From contig NMRA01000060.1 in the NCBI GenBank assembly GCA_002633005.1, positions 554,016-618,015 on the forward strand: a stretch of 64,000 bases of DNA, in the 5' to 3' direction. This document shows positions 1 through 9,635 of this stretch, one piece after another. Below the pieces are notes generated by a model. The model did not search any database and was not told where the DNA came from. It saw only the letters and a program-made list of their open reading frames with translations. The DNA comes from Phoronis australis. Taxonomy: Eukaryota; Animalia; Phoronida. Position 1 is the first letter of the stretch. Each line of letters begins with the position of its first letter. Position numbers and translations under genes: made by a program.

Positions 1-1
1 T

Positions 2-100
2 GGTGACACATCTTGGTGCAAATGCACTGTGTGCGTTGTTATGCCTACCCCAATGGAATTCTTGTGCTGTTCAGAGTTCGACGAGGCCAAGCCACTACTG
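2..100 (+). pseudogene. KolX / P2X7 ballast-like cysteine motif remnant
   Basis: GDTSWCKCTVCVVMPTPMEFLCCSE fits the WCxCxxC...ExxCC signature of P2X7 C-terminal-like (ballast) proteins. It is convergent with the THAP ORF. Confidence 0.7.
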
Positions 101-599
101 GACACGGTTAAGTGGACCTCCGGCATACCACAGACAGAGGAACAACTGTCCCACTTGCCAGAGTGTCCCGCGACACACTCCCACTGGATGGCACCCAAAC
201 TGCTAACATCGTGTCGTGTGACTCCCTTGCCACACACCTGGCACCTTCTAAATAGCTCCAACACTTTAGACAAGTCCACAGTAAACTTATCAAAGTTTGG
301 CTCAGCGATCTGTTCGTTGGACGACGAACTGTCCTCTTCACTGGGTGTCGAACTGGGCCTGTAATCACTCCCACTACTCAATATCGCTGCAGGGCTGCTT
401 ACAGGCTCTGGGCTGGAGAAAACAGCACAGGGCGAATCACTACTGGTTCCAGGAATGGCACGCTCTGGGGTACGTTCGGAGGCATGGGTGACAGTGGATG
501 AAGTGCCTCCACTGGCTCCAGTCACTGTACTGGCCACAGCTCGCGAGGCTTCTCTCTTCAAAACCGGACTTCTCGGGGGTGGCGACGGGGCACTGCCGG

Positions 600-888
600 G
601 AATTAACACTGACGGAATGGCATTCTTCTTCAGGCGTTGTTTCGCAGGGACCTTCACCAGTTCAGCGTACAAATCCCTTTCGTAATCGGACGGCAGAAAG
701 TTCTTGCCGCACACACGGTAATTCTCGACTGCTTTGTACGTTGCGTGGACGGGTAACGCTGCGTTCTTCACACGAACGAGCCAAGTACGGCGAAGTGTGT
801 CATCCATCGGAAAGCGATGCTAAGGTACTCCCAAAGCGCGCGTGAGACGATAATTAGTACATCCCGGTACGCAGCAACAGTGTGGCAT
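600..888 (-). pseudogene. THAP zinc-finger domain (transposase N-terminus) with one in-frame stop
   Basis: From the ATG at 888: MPHCCCVPGCTNYRLTRALGVP*HRFPMDDTLRRTWLVRVKNAALPVHATYKAVENYRVCGKNFLPSDYERDL...RLKKNAIPSV. This shows the THAP cysteine pattern, FP, W and an AVPTI-like box. Confidence 0.85.
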
Positions 889-2255
889 GTTGGCTGACTA
901 GTAAATGAAAGGAAACGACGACGTAACTTAACACAACCGAGGTAGAACAATGACTGACTCGGCAGCTCTCACAGTCAGACTATATGAAAAGAAATTGGCG
1001 CGAAATACTTGCCTCCTAAAACGTCACTTCCGGAGTAGCGGACGAGTAATTAACAACATTACGAAAAGCTGTAATTAAGTGGAAAATATGTCTAGGATAA
1101 CCAACCAACCTTATTTTAGCTCAAAATGACATGAAAAAAGGTTGCCTTCGCTTTTAAGGTCTGTTTAGTTTCGCCCGATACAGTTGTCTGAGCACTAGGG
1201 GTTCTTACACTGAACACCAAAGACAACACATGATTTACTACCCTTAGGAGTCTTGTACTTGACAATAATATATAGTTTTAAATCTGACCAAATCAACTCC
1301 GCGGTGAAAGGGAGCCAAACTGGAGAACACCTTGAATACAAAATCATCCCTCTTTATATCATAGGCAACATGCATGCTGAAAAAATGTTTAGTTGCTTTT
1401 CAACCTAACACAAGCTTCTTACGATCTTGCGCCATCCCTTATGTATGGATGTTTTCTAGTCTAAAATAATATGAAATGATGACGTATGAGGTTGTTTCTC
1501 TCGAACATTGATTATTTAGGTTTGATACTCTCCACTTCAAAAATTACTTTCAAAATGAAGTGAGAAAATTCCAGTATTTGTCTCATTTATTTCTGTACTT
1601 TGTTACCTCAACTGGATGTCTCAACATTCCCGTGCTTTTATCTTGCCACTCCTCACAGTTCGACGAACGTGGCTCCTGCGGCCTGCGTTAGTTTAGCGCT
1701 CAATTAGCACAAACTTTCCATCGTTCGATGTGAATGTTGGTCGAACAGGTTTTGATCCTTTTGTTGCGCTAGCCAAAGCAGATAATGAGTAAAAATTGGA
1801 GTTACAACTGTATATGCCAATGAGCTAGCGCCGACGTGTTAGTGATAGCGTGATTCGTGAGGGTGATCGTGTGTTAGTGAAACGGAGGAAAGCTGATAAG
1901 TTTTCCACACTGACTGTAAAGGCCTGAAAATGGTGACATGAAAATTACTCGCAATTCCTCTCACTTTGAAGTGTTTTATGGGCGGGGGGGGATTCCTGAC
2001 GTGGAGTCTGTGCGGACACTGATGTGAAATCTACTGCTGTGGGGACGATGATGGTGACATACGTGTGAGCTATGGTGCTTGCGATCCCCTCGATACGGTT
2101 CATCGCGGTTCCAGGGAACGGAATCCTACCCGTAAATACATTGACGAGTGTTTCAGCACTTGTTGATTGCATGACATTAGTTAAGTGTTTCTGTGGGACG
2201 TTTTTTTTTTCTTGTCGACGTTACTCTCAAGAACACGTTTATACTTCTTATTTAA

Positions 2256-3419
2256 AGGCGAAGGCAACCTTTTCTCGTGTCATTTCTAGTGAAAATACGA
2301 TTCGTAGATTATCCCAGACAAATTTTTCAGTTAATTAAAACTTCTTGTTATTTAATTAATTAGTCGTGCCCCACTCCGGAAATGACGTTTAGGGGGTTAA
2401 AAATTTCTCGCCAATTTGTTTTCATGTAGTCTGACTGTGTGTGCTGTCGAGTCTGTCATTGTTTTGCTTACATGCAGGTTGTGATGAGTTCGGTTGTCGT
2501 TTGCGTTTGTTTAAGAGTCAGTCAACATGCCGCACGGTTGCTGCGTACCGGGATGTATTCATTCAGTCTCACGCGCACTTTGGGTATGCTATTACATTGT
2601 TTATCCAAAGATGGCAGAACGCAGCATTACCCATCCACGCAACATACAAAGCAGTGGAGAATTACCGAGTATCGGTGACAAGCATTTTCTGCCGTAGGAT
2701 TACGAAAGAGATATGTACGCGGGAGTGACGAAGGTTCCTCAAATCAACAGTAGAAGAAGGGTGCCATGCCGTCGCTGTTGCTAAGTCACCCCCGAGAAGT
2801 GCATTTTTGAAGCGATAAGCCTCGCGAGTTGTGACTGGAGGTCCTTCATCTGCTGTCACCCGTGTCTCCGAACGGTACCCTAAGCGAGTGCAATTCCAGG
2901 AACTAGCAGTGATTCGTCCTGTGCTCGTGTTGTCTCCAGTCCAGAGGCTGTAAGCAGAGCTGCAGCGATGTTGAGTAGCGGAAGTGAATGCAGGCCCAGT
3001 TCGACACCCTGTAAGGAGGACAGTTCGTCGTCCAGTCAACAGGCCGTCACTCACGTCACTGTGATATGAGTTGCCGACTCCAGTCATTTTCAGGCTACTA
3101 CAAACTAAACGATCTCTAAATCCAACGTAATTTGAATTCTCTTACAACCTAGCTTGTCGTCGAATACTTGTCGATGGGAAGTAGCGTCGACAATTTTTAG
3201 GAAAAAAGCACGAAAACCACAGTAGAAGAGATCCTCACAGTAAACTCGAAGGCAGAAACAAAGTGGCGGGAAATTCTTAATCCCCTAAACGTGACTTTGG
3301 AGTAGGGCACGACTAATTAATTAAATTACGAGAACCGGTAATTAACTGAAAAATATGTCTGAGATAATCAACGAACCGTATTTTTACTAAACATGACATG
3401 AAAAAGGTTGCCTTTACCT
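2256..3419 (+). mobile_element. Kolobok-like non-autonomous element, family A, copy 2, with ~165-bp imperfect TIRs
   Basis: TTAA|AGGCGAAGGCAACC... at the left and ...GGTTGCCTTTACC TTAA at the right. Inverted identity between about 2256-2420 and 3260-3419. Degenerate THAP from ATG 2527 (MPHGCCVPGC...HATYKAVENYRV). Confidence 0.8.
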
Positions 3420-3508
3420 TAAGGGCATTTGTTGGAATGGAAGGAAAAGATGTAGTGTTTAACTTAGTCAATAGTTGTCGCTGTAGTCAGGAGTTAGCCA
3501 TCTTTGTT

Positions 3509-3587
3509 AATACACGTTTTGTTTAATACACGTTTTGTTTAATACACGTTTTGTTTAATACACGTTTTGTTTAATGCACGTTTTGTT
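3509..3587. repeat. 16-bp minisatellite (AATACACGTTTTGTTT) x5
   Basis: Units start at 3509, 3525, 3541, 3557 and 3573. Confidence 0.95.
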
Positions 3588-5077
3588 GTGTTCATCATCT
3601 GTGTTATCTTCGTGATTACTATACTATAGCTCCCGTTATGGAGCGCAAACGCAAGTGTGGTAATTCCTGCGGAGGGAATTGCACCGATTATTACCAAGCC
3701 GCGGGCGGGAACTCTTCGAGTAAAGGGACAGGCTCTAACTTTGGTATCTGGTGATTCTCTCTGATTCGGGCAAAATCTCCTCCAACGCTATAGAACTTTC
3801 TACCAACTTCGGAGGGGTTTAGTGCTTTCAGAACCAACCAACCTGTGTAAACTGACAGCGAGGTATCACAGGACAGTGGAACCAGTGTGCCTGTGCTCCA
3901 TTTTTAGCCAAAGCGACAAACAAAAAACAAGAAAAATAGGCGATTTTAATACGTTGGTAACAGGGCGCAAAGATCGCGTCACTAACTTTCACTACCGGCT
4001 TTCTCATTACTCATTGTTTTCTTCAAATTGTTATCGTTTTACTTAGACTTCTCCTAACGTAAAAGTTATATCCGCCTTGGAGAGGAGTCCAGGGGTTCCG
4101 AACCCCTTTTGAACCATCGCGGCAAACAAAAACTACAGAAGAATGGACGAATTCCATAGAATGACTCAAATTTAGTTACCGGTTTTATAGTCATTGCCTG
4201 AGTCATACAATACTCGTCAGAAATCTTCGTTTTACCTGGACCTCCATTTCGAATAACGATGGGTCCGCCTTTGCTGTACGTCCTCGTCTGCCCCCCTGCG
4301 TCCCTCAATGAGCTTTCATTATTCTCAGCTGTTTTTGTCTTGGTACTTTAAAACTGTCAGTGAGTAACCTCGTTGGATCTGCCTTCATTAATAAGTCACG
4401 CACCTTCACTACTAGTAGCATCGGTGATGTCTGAATTAGGATTGTAATTTTCTGATTCGCAAAACAGAATCAATCATCGGTATAGCTAAGCAAACTAAGG
4501 CTTGGACAAAGATGGGCATAGTTGCGGCGCCCATAAGACGCAGCCTAGTTGAACGTACATGTAATCTGTAAAACTAATGTGTTATTTGTCCAGATATGTA
4601 TTACGGATCCCAACACGTGAGGAAGAGACGTCTGAGTTTAGGTAAAGTGTACCACCGTGTAAAATGTATTTATCCTAATTTTAGATCTTGGGGATTTAAC
4701 AGGGCAAGAGGAAGAAGGCGAGCTTGATAAGAGACGATTGGTCACGGACGACGATGGTAACGGGGATTTCGCAAACTTGGTTATCAAAACCGGATGTTAC
4801 TTTGCAACCAATGGGAATGTCCAAGCGAAAAGCCAAAAGGCATGTTACGTGATCCTCTCACAGTGCTCCCCTTTTAACGCTGGCCGGCGAAATAATGTAA
4901 CTAGATATCGATGACAGTACAGACACTCTTTGGCAGCATTCTGGCAGAATCTTGGCTGTTCATGAATTTGGCGTATAAAGTTATTCCAATGTTTAGTATA
5001 AATATCTGATACCTATAAATTTAAAAATTGCCGAGTGTCGTCTTGTCACCCTTAAGCAATTTTGCCTAGGAACTTAA

Positions 5078-6680
5078 AGAAGAATGCCACCTGATTTAAT
5101 AGGTCTATATCCACATCGCCTCTTATGCGGTCGACCTCACCTCGCCGAGAGGTGTCGCGTTATCCTGTCAGGAAGGTGAGAAACGACGCAGCGACTTAAG
5201 TGGTTCTTCTGCAGAGTGAATGTCGCTATATTGCGGTGTATCGTTTCCGCTTGTCCGAACTATGAAGCTGCGAAGAAAGAGTGTATATCGTTTTTTCGAC
5301 TTCCTCGAGAGCCCGAAATGCTTATGAAGTGACTCGCGGTAGTGAAGAATGAAAGGTACGCTTTTAATAGCAAGTATGAGGCCGTGAAACATCTCCGTGC
5401 CTGTTGCCGGCATTTCGTCGACAGTGATTTCTTTTGGACGAATTCCCGGGCTTACCAAGGAACTATCCATACGTTCCGTTGCCTGTGCATGTTCACGACG
5501 CCTCTCTAGTATTTCTTGATCAGTGTATTCCGGTTCGAACTGATAGCCTGTCAAACCTAACGATCCGACCCCTGAAGTCTTCGTCGGGTGAGCTCTTGAC
5601 TAAGTCGGATTGGCACCGTGCGAGTTGCCATGTAGACGTTTATTATTCTGCGTTCTGTTTCAAAAGCAATTATTCTCGTTCTAACCAATGCTTATATGAA
5701 ATTGAAACAATACCTTGGAGTGCTCGTGAGTGCAATGTTTTGAGAAACCAACAATGAATAAACCACTGCGTTACCGCCTTTTGATGCCGCCAACAAAGGT
5801 CGTTCGAGCGCATGCTAATTCAGTGTTTGTTGACAGAAAGCTGTTGAGAAACTATTACTCGATTTTATATGCTATGTTCACATGTTAGGGGTTATCTTCA
5901 TTTAGAAATACAAATACATTATTCAAATCATTGTTACTGTACAACCTTTGCCCTGACGGTCTGTGGAAGGGGAACCCGACTTCGCGGCCCCCAATAAGTA
6001 CGTACATGTAGGTTTTCAGTTTCGTGGCTAATTCACATAAATAATTACGTGCACATTATTTCAGCTTTGGCTCACTATTGTAGGCTTTTCGTGACTGGAG
6101 GTTTAGTTTCCAACTCAAGCTGGTTAATAGTCGTGCCAGTCCCGGCGGCCGCGACGGACCTGATCGGGTTCCGAGCCACTGGCCAGGATAACAAGTGTTT
6201 TGTGTGTTTAGAACGCAAAAAAACATGAGTATAAACAACACAGATCTAGGTTCTCCTGTCTGTATTTCACGGAAGAATACTTCGGATTTTTCTCCAAACA
6301 GACCCCAAACTCCTGCTACGGACCTTGGTAAATTGGCCTGGCTACTGGAACTTTGTAGGCTGTCCAAAGACCAATAAATCCGTAACAGCGAAATAAAACA
6401 ACACGTTTTTAAAAGAACTCATTGTATTTTCAAGGGTTTTACATCGCAGTTTGATGATTTATTGGTGTTAAACGATGAATTCAAGCGATTAGCTGACACC
6501 ACTAACCCGTGTTGTGAATTGCTGAACAGACTGCGTGTGAAACCAATTACGTCATTGGATAATTTCAACACCTCCGTCTGCCGTAAGGTGTCAAGTAACG
6601 CAACTAAACGTGCCGTTATCGAGTAGAACTACTCGATCTAAATTGATATAAAATAGGTTGTTTTTGGGTGGCATTCTCCT
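5078..6680 (+). mobile_element. Kolobok-like non-autonomous element, family B, copy 1
   Basis: TTAA|AGAAGAATGCCACC ... GGTGGCATTCTCCT|TTAA (14-bp TIR with 1 mismatch, TTAA TSD). Plus-strand THAP remnant at ~5233-5430 (RCIVSACPNYEAAKKECISFFRLPREPEMLMK*LAVVKN...LRACCRHFVDSDF). Minus-strand YQFEPEYTDQE segment typical of KolX/P2X7-like N-termini. Confidence 0.85.
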
Positions 6681-7075
6681 TTAATCCAAGATAGCCGCAA
6701 TAGAGTCGGCGAAATCTACTTTACCTCATATTGTCGCTACTACATGAGAGATAGACATGTATGATATGTCCTCTCACTTGTTTGGATGCACCAGCAATCC
6801 ACTGCCACCCTCGTCAACACTGTATAATGCCAAAAAAACTGAGATAATCGCCACAAATGGCCAATATATAACCAAATATTCACTAGCTGAATGTTCACCT
6901 GTGAAATAAGGTGACACATGTATTGAGACTTGATATAATGAACATTCATTCATTGATCTATACTACAACACGTATACGCATGATAAATAGTGCTGGAACC
7001 ATGAAAAGATAATGCCACAAATCGTACAGCAAAACATTTGGTATGTACATGTATAATTCGCGTTACAATTTCGTC

Positions 7076-7365
7076 CTAGTCAATAGCGTAATTGCAACAA
7101 CCGCCACGGTGACACGCGCAGAAATGGATGGCTGGCATTCCTGCAACTACACCTAGATGAACTACAAAGTGCACCACAGGTACACTCATGAGTAGCAAGA
7201 TAGCAGCGGGTGCAACGCTCACTGTCTCTGGAATAGTTGCTGGTACGAGAGATTTGTTATTCTCATCTTTTTCCATCCATACTCCTCGATATCCAGTCTT
7301 GGTGGATCAGAATCTTTTATTGCACGCCATGCAGCTGCTTGATGATAAGCCCGTTTGACGTATCC
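7076..7365 (-). mobile_element. Academ-like transposase C-terminal fragment (pseudogenised)
   Basis: YVKRAYHQAAAWRAIKDSDPPRLDIEEYGW/EKDENNKSLVP...APAAIL...FCACHRGGCCN. This is the HxxRAxxQ..GW plus terminal Cys cluster also seen in the 57.8-59.7 kb element. Confidence 0.7.
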
Positions 7366-8354
7366 AGGCAGTAGCGACACATCTAGTTTAACATGTGATG
7401 TAATTGTACATGTATATACGGGGGGATGTGCAGTGGAAGAATAATGGTATCCACCTCTTTGGAGACGTGATTCCAACAAAGTGACCCATGGGTTGGAAAC
7501 TTCCATGGAAAACTTATCCTTCCACATGCTTTTGGTTAAAACACCACCCTTTTGTAAGAGTTTATGTCATAACGCAGGCATTCCTTAACAACTCGTATTT
7601 TTAATCCATTAAGCATGAATCAGTCTAAGAAGAGTGTAGTGTATGCCAAAAATGTCAAAATGAGTACACCTCTTGTTCTTAACAATTTGAAAATAAAGGA
7701 TGACGTTAAAAACTATATATGTGTTATGGGAAAAAGAAACTGTTTGTAGAGACAATCTTTTGTCGGAAAAACACTCTTTCAAAGTAAGTTGGTTGTAAAA
7801 AAGACACCATTTCTGTTTCGTAAATTTTGCACATAAATTTACAGGAGTTTTCAAAGTAAACTAGGAAACTTTGAAATTCCACAGTGTCTCGGCGCCCAAA
7901 ACAGTGACTAAATATCCATATATTTTTGACTGAATCCGTTTTAATTCTGTCGAAGCCACCGCAAAATCCCCATACATATTTTATTGCGACAAAAGTTCGA
8001 CTTGACTGATAACTAATTACGACAATACTGGCAGCGTTCTGCTGAAGACTGCCTTGTAGTTTAATTTGAATACTACAGTATTTTTACACTCTTTCAGTGC
8101 TACGAAAGGTAGCACTGTGGATTGTTGTTTAACATGGTTAAAGTAATGAAACCAACATCATAACATTCAGTCATTCCCATTGGTTGAAATCTCATTTACT
8201 GTTATGTAGTATGGCGACGACTTTTGACTTGAATAGTTGAAATTTAATAAAACGGGCAGTGATCGAAGTAAAAAAAATCAAGAAAACCCCGATCCAGTGG
8301 CTTAAGCCCAAACAAGTACAGTGCATAGAAGGCGTGTACAAGTGGTGGCGATGT

Positions 8355-8594
8355 AATCGGTAAACTTCTGACCAAGCATGCGCATTGATGCTCACACTCG
8401 GAATTACGTGTGTCGTTCATCATGTTTCCACAGGGCCACTTTTCAGTATAGGTGGCGCTGTGCCAGAGGGTACANAATCGGTAAACTTCTGACCAAGCAT
8501 GCGCATTGATGCTCACACTCGGAATTACGTGTGTCGTTCATCATGTTTCCAAAGGCCACTTTTCAGTATAGGTGGCGCTGTGCCAGAGGGTACA
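8355..8594. repeat. ~120-bp direct duplication flanking a single N (probable assembly join artefact)
   Basis: 8355-8474 and 8476-8594 are near-identical and separated by an N at 8475. Confidence 0.85.
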
Positions 8595-9344
8595 GTATTT
8601 CTTTAATGGAAGTGCACCCCGGAAATTATGTTAGTGATCACTCTAACTTAGTACTAACGCGCACAGAATCGATATCTCGATGACAGAACACAGCGGCCGA
8701 CTTGAGGACCAACAACGCAGTACCATTATCGTTGCTAATTACATTGTACTATCCGCTAACGTTGTGTTATCATATTAAATCTCATTCCAGGAGTTCGTGA
8801 TGTGTAAGAAGTCATAACCAACGAACCGATCAGTGAGTGCAAGTTGCAGGCGTTGCGACGGTACGTTAATACACACGTTCACTTTCTGCATGAACTAGCG
8901 CTGGCGTTTTATACAAGCTTACATTGTACATGTATGCAGCACGTGAAGTGTTTTCCTGTGGGCACAACTCATGCCGTGTCATTTCAAAGGTCAAACTTAG
9001 AACCATGTCGGAAATCGAAAAACGACTTGGAGTATTCGATAACAGTAATTGGAGTGTTAACTTACATTATCAAACAAAGCTTGACTCGTAATAACTTGAT
9101 GTCATGAAACAAAAAGACGTCTAAAAGACTAGATTCAAACTGATGGACTTAAGATGAGCACGTCAAACAGGATATTGCGTCGATCAATCACGGTCTTTGC
9201 CTAGTTCCTGACCTAAGTTAGATCATATGCGTGTTTAGGGTTCCACAGTTTTCTAGTAATCAGTTTCCTGCTGCCATTTTAAAGAGGAGAGGCAGTTGAA
9301 TAATTTTACAATTATTGTCATTCTTTCAGGTTGATCACAAAACA

Positions 9345-9635
9345 ATGTCGAGCAATTACAAACAACTCCGAAAACCTGCGGATATTGACGAAGACGACCT
9401 CGATAATCACAGAGAGACAGAGAGTCTGACCAAACAGTCCGTTTTGGAATACATATCAGAAATGGAGAAGTCTAAACTCTGCCTGTGCAACTGTATACCC
9501 AAGCGGTATTTAACAGTGGTGCTTATGTTTGTTGGTCTAGTGTCCCTGCATGCTATGCGTGTCAATGTCTCGGTAACTGTGGTGACTATACTGGGGCGGA
9601 ATCGATCCTTCGAACAAGTTGAATTTACAGACGAG
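9345..9635 (+). CDS. VGLUT: VGLUT-like coding exon 1 (N-terminus, TM1, luminal loop with NRS sequon)
   Basis: Acceptor ttctttcag ends at 9329, ATG at 9345, MSSNYKQL...PKRYLTVVLMFVGLVSLHAMRVNVSV...TDE, donor GAG|gtgagt. The 15 nt before the ATG are in frame, so an upstream exon must exist. Confidence 0.85.

Larger units (their letters stand above)
1..1153 (-). mobile_element. Kolobok-like DNA transposon, family A, copy 1 (cut off by the window start)
   Basis: Ends ...GGTTGCCTTCGCTT|TTAA (1154-1157). Carries a minus-strand THAP gene and a plus-strand WCKC/LCC remnant. The terminal ~250 bp is the reverse complement of the left end of the 2256-3419 element. Confidence 0.75.

Noticed and set aside
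3509-3587. CRISPR-like array
   Set aside because: Contiguous 16-bp units with no spacers, no cas genes, and a eukaryotic context.
3638-4310. Short ORFs (MERKRKCGNSC..., MRDAGGQTRT...) as viral or host genes
   Set aside because: No recognisable domain, interrupted frames and no supported structure.
5168-5554. 128-aa minus-strand ORF as a real protein
   Set aside because: It is a chimera of the KolX-like N-terminus running into the antisense strand of the THAP remnant across a deletion junction.
8355-8594. 120-bp tandem duplication as a biological repeat
   Set aside because: The copies are separated by a single N, which is typical of an unmerged contig overlap.
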